A stretch of 64,000 bases of DNA, taken from Phoronis australis. Lineage: Eukaryota; Animalia; Phoronida. Positions within the stretch are counted from its first letter, which is position 1. Every line of letters begins with the position of its first letter. The translations under genes and the position numbers were made by a program. A model generated the notes under the pieces. It made no database searches. It saw nothing but the letters and a program-made list of their open reading frames with translations, and had not been told where the DNA came from. The DNA is taken from positions 496,820 to 560,819 of the forward strand of contig NMRA01000122.1 of the NCBI GenBank assembly GCA_002633005.1, in the 5' to 3' direction. Below are positions 53,677 to 64,000 of the stretch, piece after piece.

Positions 53677-54722
53677 CTACAACACAAGGCAACAATAGGA
53701 CATTAGTTAGCCAGCTAGCTGTTGAACTAACATAAAAATCCAGTAAGAATCCCTGTGTGTTAACTTCATACAGATGTCGTAATTACAAACTACACATCTC
53801 GAGTAAAACTTGTTCAGAAATTTGGTTATGGTGAGATATTCAAATATTAAGAACTTAGAACAAAGTGAAAACAATTCCAATAATTTGTTGTAACATGTGC
53901 GCAGCCTAGTGGAAGAACAGTTGATTGAAGAATCAGCAAAAACAAGAAATTAGCCAATAGATCAGGCTCAATTTCACGGCGCTGAAAGCCGACGTATATG
54001 ATCGCTCAACAAATTAGCAGCAGAATAATGGTACATGGTAATTTTTGTTATCACAGGTAACTAATTTAGCGTACTAAAGGAAGAATCTAGTTTTTAATGG
54101 CATTGATTTTGCATCACACTTTATTTAGCCAGTTTTTACCCATGTCAGTTTCAAGCTGTATATTCATAAATACAGCTTTGCACAAAGGCTAAAGAATATG
54201 CAAAGTACCATTTCTGTGAGATTTTGATACTTTCAACACGGATTTTGTAACAGTGCTATGTATGGTTATGTGGGACCGTGTCAACAAGTTTGTCCATTTA
54301 GCCAAACATCAACAGAACTATATTATTTTAACTCAGTAAAAGTTTTTTATGAAAGTACAAGGCTTATAGAATTTAATTTTTGACTTTAAACCAATCTGTC
54401 AATGATTTGGTCACGTGACCACATTTTCAGGAAAAAATGGTAAAGTTTTCTTAAGCATGATTTTGTTTTCGTTTTATGTAACTTTTTAAGTTTTTTGTAA
54501 TAAAAATCATGCGTTTTGCCCTAACATCACCTAAGATGTCTTCTAGAGATAACGATTTCAATGTTCTTGTTGGCAATAGAAATAGGAGTATTATGAGAGA
54601 CCAATTTTGTGAGAGTAAAAGGACCAATTCATTGAAGCAGGGCAGAATGTAGCTTCAACTAGACACAACTAGTAAAGGCTGGGGAGTATTCATACAACTA
54701 GTAAAGGCCGGAGGATACTCAC

Positions 54723-54804
54723 TTGGCTTGAAGACCATCAATCATCTGAATAAGTTGCGAGGCGCCACGGCGGATAGCATACAGACAGAAAAAAACCACA
54801 AGAC
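54723..54804 (-). CDS. CSE1L: CSE1L exon
   Basis: tcatag|SLVVFFCLYAIRRGASQLIQMIDGLQA|gtgagt; 82 nt. Confidence 0.95.
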
Positions 54805-55639
54805 CTATGAGATAAATTGAAAAGATAAGCATTGCAGTACAGCCTAGAGATCACTTAACTACCTGAGTCCAAATAGCTGTCGCGGAAATGAGTTGATTGG
54901 GTGCAAACAACAACCCGGTCAAGTATCCACTTGGGGCAACTCTACACCAATATGACAATTTAAAGTAGCTCTAGGATGTAGTGCAACTTGTTCCTCAACA
55001 TTTCCTGGTGTAAACACATGTGGTGTCATGGAGGTAGCTATGTACTTTTAGCTTTGTCCAGATACTTTCATTTAGAGAAAAAAGTTTGGGAAGTGCGAGT
55101 TACATAACAACTGTCAGTTGCTAAAACCACAATATCTCAATAAGAAGTGCAAAATTCACTAGGTAGCGCTTATGAAACAATGGTTATATCTGAAATTCAT
55201 ACATTCAGGACACATGACTCATACGCCATGAACCCCATATGCTGATGAACAGGGTCTTATCCTTGACAAGATTATAGTAAGAACCTATCATCATGTGCAT
55301 AACATAGTCAAAGTCTGTGGAATCTGTTACGTTAAAAGTGACAAGCGTCAAGTCAGAACATTTGGTCTTACGCTCCACTTTTAGTTAAAACTATTTCAGG
55401 CAAATAATTAAGCCTCACTTGTCATAGCAAAAGTGTGAAGTCTGAAAATATGCACATAACAGCTGGTAACTGAGATAATGTCCATTATTTCTAAGCTGTC
55501 ATGTGCTCATAATTATTTGACTAAAACTTTTTCAGCAATCGCGAAGTGGAAGCCCAAGACTAATCTTCTGTCCTAAGCCCACCGTCACTTTTAAAAAACA
55601 GACCCAGTTTTTCAATTTATCATATTTAGAACAACTTAC

Positions 55640-55725
55640 TCTTCACAAACTTTGTGGTTTTTGAGCTGGTGAGTCTGCGGAACAACAGAATGAACACTTG
55701 ATTTATGTAAGGGTTCAGCGCCTCG
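55640..55725 (-). CDS. CSE1L: CSE1L exon
   Basis: tttcag|EALNPYINQVFILLFRRLTSSKTTKFVK|gtaagt; 86 nt. Confidence 0.97.
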
Positions 55726-55904
55726 CTGAAAACAGAATACAGAACCATGACACAAAGCAAATTCATCTGACTCAATCATTTACATTCTGGCAGTTATTTT
55801 ATAAAACCTTCCAACTATAAATAGCACAAGGTCAAGGAACAACTGTTAACTTTCATACCGTAAATCAAGATTGCAAAAGCAAACGAAGAACTCCAGTCTG
55901 AATA

Positions 55905-56242
55905 TAAGAATAACGCAGCGTTGAAATGGGCCCACAACTGCTCCGCAAACAGTATGCATCTAGTATCAAAACAGCCATTAGGTGGTGCAGAACATGTCGA
56001 ACCTATTTGAAAATGACATCGCCATATCCCTAGTAAACACTTCATACCAAATGTTACGAAAATCAGCCACTAGGTGGCGTAGAATACAATGCCTCCTTAA
56101 TGGTAACCTATTTGACAAAAACACATCAACTAAATCTCACTAAGATCCCGACAGGAGTTTAAGAGATACAGCTGCAGACACCGAATGCCCTGACAGAGAT
56201 GACGGCAATATGCACCCACCATGTATATGTGGGTGTTTAAAA
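55905..56242 (-). mobile_element. HINE-like element, copy D (CSE1L intron)
   Basis: AACGCAGCGTTGAAATGGGCCCAC start as in copy A; end hairpin TGCACCCAC..GTGGGTGT. Confidence 0.65.
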
Positions 56243-56436
56243 CTAATTCATGCACTGGCATTAAATACAACTTTCACTACAGTGATGAACACCAATAGCA
56301 GGTTACAGTCCTCATTTGAGCACCATCAAAATTCTCAACCAATATTCTACAACATACTATGAGTGTGAGACTGGTTAGATTTAGGATTTCCTGACAGAAG
56401 ATTGTCGAACTACGATTAACTGAAGAAGAAACTTAC

Positions 56437-56534
56437 ACAGGCATGTGCTCAATCATAGAGTTGATGAGATAGAATCCTTCATGATCGTTCGTCTTGGAAG
56501 AAAGTAACTTTTGGAACACACCCAGGATACCTTC
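56437..56534 (-). CDS. CSE1L: CSE1L exon
   Basis: tgatag|EGILGVFQKLLSSKTNDHEGFYLINSMIEHMP|gtaagt; 98 nt. Confidence 0.97.
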
Positions 56535-57068
56535 CTATCAACAAGACAATAAAAACTGAAATCTATGCAGCTAACAGGCGAACTGAGTCTCGTCCATACA
56601 TCTGTTGGATGTACCTGGTCAAATGCTCAGTTGACTACACTATCAATTCGTGTGGTTGCACCTTTAACATGAAGCCACGCAGAGTTGTTTAAAGGTGTCG
56701 TTTCACAGTCTGTAAGTTATATCTGTTGGATGCAAAGTGGGTCTATCTATCTTAATTATAAGGTTCATAACTACCAGACTGTTATTTGAATAAGGTTGAG
56801 CCCTTTTTTGCTTAATCTTGTCAGCAAGGATTGTTGAAGGAACATTAAACTTAGTATCATAGTGTTGTTACTAGATAAACGCAGCCAACTATGAGAACGA
56901 GGCGCCCTTCTCCACGAAGGTCTGGACTAATAGCACATGAGATGACATTCACGTTATTTTGCTTGTCTTTCACATTTTTACCGACAGATATCTAGGTGAG
57001 ATCCTTCTTAAAGAATGTCTGAACAGTGGCACACGAGATGGACTTCACAGTTTCAACTTGTCACTCAC

Positions 57069-57265
57069 CACTTTATTGGCAGCTATCAGGGCGGCGCCCT
57101 TTTCAATGAAGGCTTGAATGAGTCTGACGAGGGCGGGCACATTGCCCTGTCTCTCCCAGAGGGCTGGCACAGTGAGCAGGTCAAAAAGATTCATGTAGTT
57201 GTCAGGCACGGAGGTACGTATCTCCAGTAGAAGGGACATGATTTGAAACACATACGGGATGAATT
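57069..57265 (-). CDS. CSE1L: CSE1L exon
   Basis: ctttag|EFIPYVFQIMSLLLE...LWERQGNVPALVRLIQAFIEKGAALIAANKV|gtgagt; 197 nt. Confidence 0.98.
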
Positions 57266-57780
57266 CTAAAGGTGAGATAGGAAAATAGTTTGGTGAAGCA
57301 AAATTAAGATTTACTACACATAAGACAAGATAACAACAGTGTGACAATATTGAACTCAGTAATGGTTGAGTGAGTACAGTGTGTTAACATTACATAAGGC
57401 TCACACTCCATCAAATTCCTGCTTTTCAACTAAAAACTCATACAGTGCATGCCAAAAGAAATCAGACAAAATAGCATTCTTCAGTCGCCACGTGTCATTT
57501 TAGTTACTCTGATGATGAATTCCGCTTACATTCAACAGCCATAATAAAGAAATTCACTTGTGCTCAGCCATCATGATTGGGAATTATGGGTCACTTTGTC
57601 AATTTTTTTGACATGTACTGTAAACCAAGAACTGAAACCAACAACTCACAGATGCCTTGGGCTGCATCAAATACATGACAACAAAAACAAGAGATATGGA
57701 GTGGACACTCGGACAAGATGACGACCGTGGGTGAGTGAATACGCGAGTGCGCACACATAAAATGCGTTTTCAGCTGTAAA

Positions 57781-58279
57781 CAGGGCTTGGAATGACCAAT
57801 GACAAAAAACGCGGAAACTTTTACGGCCCAAATCATGCCCGATAACCAGCCTTTGAAATGGTCAATGTGAACCTTTCCGCGACAAAAATCGGGAGGACTA
57901 AAAAAAAAAAAACGTTACTACCATCAGTAGCATGCGTCTGCGTCCTTTTCGCTCGCCCGTCCACTCCCAACCCACACAAATTTGGCTGCAGAGCGGTAGT
58001 ATTTGTCGCCGCGCTTAACAATAACACGAGTCGCCATTGAAAATCAGACCACGCTTTACCCAGATGCCCCGGCAATGTTGACAATTTACGTTCCTCCGAA
58101 ACATAAAGACTTCCGCTTTCCGAGGTGAACGTCGTCTGCAACGCCGCGGTAAGAAAGGAATTTGCCGCGGAAATTTCATATCAAATCCGATTTTTTTACG
58201 CGGAAATATTATAAAAAAAGCGGAAAGCACATTTCAAAAAAGCGGAAATCCGCGTTTCCGCGGAAAATTCCAAGCCCTG
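57781..58279. mobile_element. hAT-type MITE with 6-bp TSD in a CSE1L intron
   Basis: TIR CAGGGCTTGGAAT/ATTCCAAGCCCTG; TGTAAA on both sides; multiple subterminal GCGGAAA. Confidence 0.9.
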
Positions 58280-58690
58280 TGTAAAACAGATGATGTCCCT
58301 TTAATAAAAATACCAGAAATCCGTAAAGTACCAGTTAGTGATATGTAGAACATTTTAAAAACATATTTCTAACATTTGCATAGATCACTGCGTTTAAAAG
58401 TCGAGAGATTATGTTGCAAGGTTGGCCAAAATATAGGGTTACCTCATACATAACCTTAAGATTGATGAGAATGTTGAATCCATTCATTTTTTATATGAAT
58501 TCCCATCAGGCTGACGATAAATGACCATCAATTTGGGCAATTATTCAAAAAAACCTCTTTTGAACACCTATCATAGCTCAGTGATAAGAAATCATATAAA
58601 TCCTATCATTTGCATGAATCCGTAGAATTGCTTGTTGTGCATTCAAATGAAAAACCTCTTATTATAATTTATGATTAGCTAACATTGTAC

Positions 58691-58841
58691 CTTGCACATC
58701 TTCCTGAAGTATATCTTGGAAGGGAGCAAACAGTCCATCTTCAAAGTCACTGACAGCTGCAGGGTTGGCCTTACATGTTGTCCTCACAGCCAGACAGATA
58801 GACTCAAATAGGTAGTGGTTGAAGTGTGGCTTGCTGGGGTT
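58691..58841 (-). CDS. CSE1L: CSE1L exon
   Basis: ccacag|NPSKPHFNHYLFESICLAVRTTCKANPAAVSDFEDGLFAPFQDILQEDVQ|gtacaa; 151 nt; hallmark NPSKPHFNHYLFE motif. Confidence 0.98.
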
Positions 58842-59276
58842 CTGTGGGCAGGAATATACACAAAGGTCAATGATAGTTGGTTCAAATACACAGTAGTTAA
58901 AAAAGGTTTTGGTACAAGTCAGTGGGCAAAATATAAGAACGCATTGACCTGGGACTTATTTCAATAAAATATCTACCTGTACATAATTTTCTTACACCCA
59001 CTCTAAATAGTCTTGTGCTAAAACTTACAGCTGGCCATTTAGACTCTGTATCAAATGTTATAAAGTTGCAATATCTTAGTGAAACAACTCTCAGAATTTG
59101 CAGTGCAACTTTTACTGGTAACAAGAAAATATTTTGTCAATTTCTAATTGACAACAGCTTCAGCAAATAGTACATAGAGTAATAAAAACGATACAACCTA
59201 ATGATATCTGACCTACTCATTCCACATGACTTTGGGTCACGGGAGTTAAGCAGTCACAGACAGACCAATGGTTTAC

Positions 59277-59374
59277 CTTGCTAACCGCCCTCAACTTTAA
59301 GGTAAGTTCTTCAATCAGCTCCTTGATAACAGGGACAAGACCTTCACCAAGTAGAGAGAAAGTCCTCATGATTG
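59277..59374 (-). CDS. CSE1L: CSE1L exon
   Basis: tttcag|AIMRTFSLLGEGLVPVIKELIEELTLKLRAVSK|gtaaac; 98 nt. Confidence 0.96.
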
Positions 59375-60296
59375 CTGAAAGACAAACATTACATATCTCT
59401 ACATATCTGTTGTAATTAGTCAGGATTCTATGCTGTCCAACTAGTGGTTGCACATTTATACACGTATACATATCTTAATTAGTCGGACTTGGAAAACAGT
59501 GATTTCTGAATGTTTGGGCATAATACGATTAATGTACATAATTATTTGGCTACACCCTTTGTCTAGTTTTCCAAATTTTGCTTTTAATCACCTGTGGTCA
59601 GTTAAACAACAACTCCCTTCATGTAAAACTTGTTGAAGTTTACAATTCAATTTATTTTGGACCGCAATTCAATTTTGGTAATATTTAACTTTGATTAGAG
59701 TATCGCCATCAAATTTCAAAAACGTCCAGAATATTTTTCTACAAGATTTCCTACTATACCCCAAGAAGCTAACAATGTGTCAGTTGGTAGTCGGTGACAG
59801 CAGAGCTGGGTTCTTCAATAGTCCATCAGTCAACAATACTTGTAATAAACACTTGGGACTCAGTCAACATTCCTTTGTGCACTGTCTATTGGGTTTCGTC
59901 CTTCATCTTACTGGAATTTTCCGATAACAAACGTGTTTCATCCAAATACTGTGTATGCTCGTCCAAAATGTTCTCACTTGCACTGCCCGATTAGTACCCA
60001 TTGTTTTTTTAAATCCAGTGCCCTTTGTATTGTCTTGTATAGAAAAAATAATTTTACTAGAAGCTAGCACCCAACATGGCGTTGAATCATTGATATTTTG
60101 TTAGGTCTTTGTGTTATTTGCTTGAAACCATTGTTGGATTGCAGCATGTTTGACAATATGTCCATGGCCATGTGGGGGTATTCAGAAACAGAACTCTTCT
60201 CACACTGCATGGATAGAACTTGAAAATGCACAGTGAGAACCCTTTCAATCATGGCACATGAAGACAATTTCAAGACAACTATGAAACAGGCTGTAC

Positions 60297-60400
60297 CTTT
60301 CATTACATATTCATTCTCTGACGAGCCCTTCAGCTGGAGTGCAGCAAAGAGATTTTTCAGTAATTGTTTTTCAGTGGCCATGATGCTAGCTCGGGTGATG
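60297..60400 (-). CDS. CSE1L: CSE1L exon
   Basis: ttccag|ITRASIMATEKQLLKNLFAALQLKGSSENEYVMK|gtacag; 104 nt. Confidence 0.96.
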
Positions 60401-60413
60401 CTGGAAAATGATA

Positions 60414-60494
60414 GAGAACAGATATGAAGACTGAAAGTAAGAGAATAGATATGGAGACTGAATTTAGGAGAACAGATATGAAGACTGAATGTAA
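60414..60494. repeat. 27-bp tandem repeat x3 beside a CSE1L acceptor
   Basis: GAGAACAGATATGAAGACTGAA(A/T)GTAA. Confidence 0.9.
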
Positions 60495-62111
60495 GAATGG
60501 GTCATCATCACTTATACTCCCGGATTATTTCATTTCTGACATGAAAAAACTAACTAGCAGCTTTCACAAGGAAACTAACTTCAATTCATCCCGCAATTCT
60601 TTGTATATTTATCAGTGTTACCTTAAACTACAGTATTACCAATGTGTATATGTAGTATGGTAAATATTGCCCAGTATGGGACAGTGGGATATTATTTTGA
60701 ATATATATTTTATTTTGCTCAAGGTTGGAGCTTGTACCAAATTTTAGAAATACGCAATTTTGGCTATTAAAGCACAGTTCAGTAATTCAGATCAACGACA
60801 ACTTATCATTCACAGTCGTGTTACTTTCTCCGGACACATGAAGATGTTGCAACCATTTTTGAGAATCTAAAGAACTGGAAAGTCAATTTTCAGACTGTTG
60901 ATACACAAGGCAGTCTACAATATTTGAGAAACATAAGGGCAAAAATACCTTGTTACCCAATCTTCAGAATCAAAAAAATCAATTTCAGTTTGAATTTCAG
61001 TGTTCCACATTTTTGAGACTACCCCAAACTGGAGAATTTTTACCATAATTGTGTTGGGTGCTCAAAACAAAGGTTGTTCAAACTGACTTTCAGGCTTCAA
61101 CAAATATAACAGCTGCATCCTTGAGCAAGGCATTATGCCTGAAGAGCGTAAAGTAGACCTAGCTTTTTACGAAAAAATACGAGATCTAGCAAATCCTCGT
61201 GAAATCAAGCGAACGAAAAGCAAGCACTTCACGAGTATGCTTAGGATCTTACTAGCCTATACTAGAAAAATGACGGTCACTAAACTAATTGGTGAGTGAG
61301 GGTTGAGCATTGAATTATGGGATTGAATTCACGATTTCCGTTGGATGAGTGAGGATTATTAGCTGTAAGTGTAAGATAATGTATTCTGTTCTACATTGCA
61401 CGAGTGAGGATTACTAGCAATCAGTGTATGGTAATGTCTTGTGGTCTATGGAACTCAGCCCAGTATTGATTCAGGCAACTTGGCCAGAAAAATAAGTCAT
61501 ATCTGTGTCTTGTCCAGAATGAAATGAAAGGCTCTTGCTTATGTTACTGAGTTAGCAACACAATGACTTACAAAAGATTTAGTCAATTACCTAGTTCTCA
61601 ACAGATCTGTATATGACTGCAATCCAAATCAACCAATCATAACACAAGCAGCCTGAATATCAGCTGATCTACATTTACCGGAGACTTCTAAAAACGCCCC
61701 TAGACAAATGCCCACAGCCTAAAAAGATTTGGCTCTTTCCGAAGAAAAATGTCGAGACTTTTTAGGAAACTTGTGCTGATGACTGCAGCGCCCTCATCGG
61801 TCATGGACTTAAATAACCAGTTAGGACTCACATTGTTGACGGTTCAGCTATTCGAATAGAAATGATCAACAAGTAACAATCTTGAAATGTTTGATCAATG
61901 TTTTTAAGGAGACTAAATAGAGAAATTAATGAAATGTTACTCACATTGTCCATATTAAATATATAAAACTGCGGCACACAAAACAATCCAGAAAGGGCAC
62001 CCCTACAGAATTTTTTGAGTTTTCTATCAGAAATAGCCGTTAACTTTGTCTCAAAAGGAAAAATCAATCAACAAATCAAATAAACTTGAAAAAGGTACAG
62101 TTAAAACTTAC

Positions 62112-62248
62112 GCAGTGCCCCCCTGTGGTGACCGGATGGTAAAGATGCGTTCCAGTGTCAGTGCAGCATAACTATGGACTACTATACTGTTGGCGGTGAG
62201 TAGGTTGACCAGATGGGGGACACAAGCAATGACCATCTGTATTGGCAA
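62112..62248 (-). CDS. CSE1L: CSE1L exon
   Basis: caacag|LPIQMVIACVPHLVNLLTANSIVVHSYAALTLERIFTIRSPQGGT|gtaagt; 137 nt. Confidence 0.96.
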
Positions 62249-62338
62249 CTGTTGGGAAGAGACAAGAGACAGGTTAGCAGGCAATACAAAACCGTTTTAC
62301 TTAACGCTCTCTTTGTTGGTCCTGTGTAGTAACAAAAA

Positions 62339-62480
62339 TAGTTGTGACAAGGCGACTTCACACCTAGTTTTGACTACGTGACTTCACATAGTTATGACTA
62401 GGTCACTTCCTTAGTTGTCATTAAAGTCACTTCACATAGTAGTGACTAAGCGACTTCACTTAGTTGTGACTAGGCGACAT
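62339..62480. repeat. ~24-bp degenerate tandem repeat x6
   Basis: TAGTTGTGACTAGGCGACTTCAC(A/T). Confidence 0.85.
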
Positions 62481-63130
62481 AACCGAGATGCGACTAAACT
62501 ACTGTACCTCATTGCAAGCAGGGTTTGATACCAGAGAGACAAAGCCATAAAAGGACAGAAAGAGGCAACTTTAAATAGAAATGATCTGTTGGAATACTCA
62601 TTTTGCAGACCCATGTAAGACTAGGCCAACTCAATTCAGGTCTAGCTAAACCTTTTATTACCCTACTAGTTTTTAAGATGTTCACACAACCAACATTTTA
62701 CCAAACAACAGATTTCATTGCTGCATACAATGGATTGAAAAACAATATACCGAAGAGCCAAAGGCATAATACAGTGGTAGCTGAATAAAAAAATACACAA
62801 AATTCTCTCAAATTTATGGCAAATACAAACAAGCAAACTAGAAGAAAGCACAGTTAATCATTTGAAAAGTAGCAGAAAGCTTTAGTGTGAAAGACATTCA
62901 AATTTCAGCGATAACAGACCAACACCATCAACCTACTTTTGGAAGCATATGTAGATAGCCTTTACATTTAGTGAAAAAAAGTAATTCCACACACCATTAC
63001 AGTTGTGTTGAAATAAATGAACAGTCTACGCAATATTAAGAAATCTCACCAACATGGATATATGTGAACAGTCCATGCAATATAAGGATACTTCACCAAC
63101 ATTGATATATGTGTTCCAAACAAATCTTAC

Positions 63131-63192
63131 CTGATTCCTAAATGTCATGACATATTTGATGGCATCAGCTTTCAAGACAGGAGAGTCGTTAA
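63131..63192 (-). CDS. CSE1L: CSE1L exon
   Basis: ttacag|(V)NDSPVLKADAIKYVMTFRNQ|gtaaga; 62 nt; phase matches neighbours. Confidence 0.97.
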
Positions 63193-63520
63193 CTGTAAAA
63201 TATCCAACACATTGAGTGTAAATACACCTCAATAACACATGCTTATCACATGCTTATTTTGTATCTAACCTGCATTAGACAAACTAACTTGGAGCAAATT
63301 CAAATAAAAAATGGGAAATTTGACAGGAAAAACAAGCAAAAAAAAAACATAACACAACACAACATTAGCTGGAAACAATTTTCTGCCCATATTAAATCAA
63401 CATTGTAAGTGAATACACAAGACAGTTACTGTGACAGACGTAGAGATTTGTTCCTGAATTGAACTCTAAAGACGGTGCCTTCCTTGAACTGAACAAAACA
63501 ACAGTGTTTTATTTAATTAC

Positions 63521-63605
63521 CATCGGGTGCAGCGAGATCTGGGGCAATGTGATGTTGGAAGAACTCTGAGGCGTTGACAAGGCCACTCGTTTGTGTGACA
63601 CCATG
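63521..63605 (-). CDS. CSE1L: Exportin-2/CSE1L coding exon (first in window; gene continues beyond window)
   Basis: ttctcag|HGVTQTSGLVNASEFFQHHIAPDLAAPD|gtaatt; 85 nt; resembles CSE1L HGITQANELVNLTEFF..HILPDL. Confidence 0.95.
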
Positions 63606-64000
63606 CTGAGAAAAAATAGCACATACGTGTTTACTTATAGCAGGGAGGGAATATGTGCAGATTTGCAAAAATTGGGCACTTTGTGACAAGTTTTTGCAAT
63701 TTGGTACGCTGTTAGGTATAACCAAAAGAAATTCAAAAAACACCGCAAACAAAGTGTGCTTACCCCCTGGTGGATGTTACGCGCAAAATCCAATATGGCC
63801 GCCGCCGAAAATGGAAATAGGCATATGTTGGCTATTATTATCACTAGAACAAATTGTGATATCATCGTTTCAATATTTTGGGGGGTGAGAAGTTCATTTT
63901 TGGTGCTAGTTTTATGTTTTGGGGTCAATTCCAACGCAAAACGATACTTTCAAAGCAAATGTCATTCACAAATAACTCAAATTTATTTTTGTCCTCGTAA

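Overview
AT-rich, intron- and repeat-rich animal genomic DNA. It is probably a marine invertebrate, but the species cannot be determined from the sequence. Almost all ORFs in the supplied track are spurious. Real genes: (1) the 3' 14 coding exons (520 aa, frame-consistent, all GT-AG) of CSE1L/exportin-2 on the minus strand, 63605 to 49573, with the 5' part beyond the window; (2) OST4 on the plus strand (CDS 46269-46379), convergent with CSE1L, with a probable non-coding first exon at a pyrimidine-initiator/YY1 promoter near 41.6 kb; (3) weak evidence for an unidentified minus-strand transcript running left from that promoter. The left 41 kb is dominated by DNA-transposon relics. The most striking structure is a nest at 13.5-21.1 kb: a 45-bp minisatellite is split by a hAT-type element with a 5-bp TSD, which is split by a 5.1-kb TTAA-flanked Kolobok-type element. 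The Kolobok element carries a decayed THAP gene, a decayed KolX/P2X7-ballast-like Cys-rich gene and a spliced hAT transposase fragment. A second nest lies at 36.7-38.8 kb. Also present are Helentron-like non-autonomous repeats carrying CTCF-like motifs, MITEs with 3-bp and 6-bp TSDs, a Penelope-like hairpin, and several small duplications centred on CSE1L splice sites. No CRISPR array, rRNA or tRNA gene was seen, and nothing that clearly amounts to a new biological system. All family assignments come from recognising motifs by eye, not from database searches.
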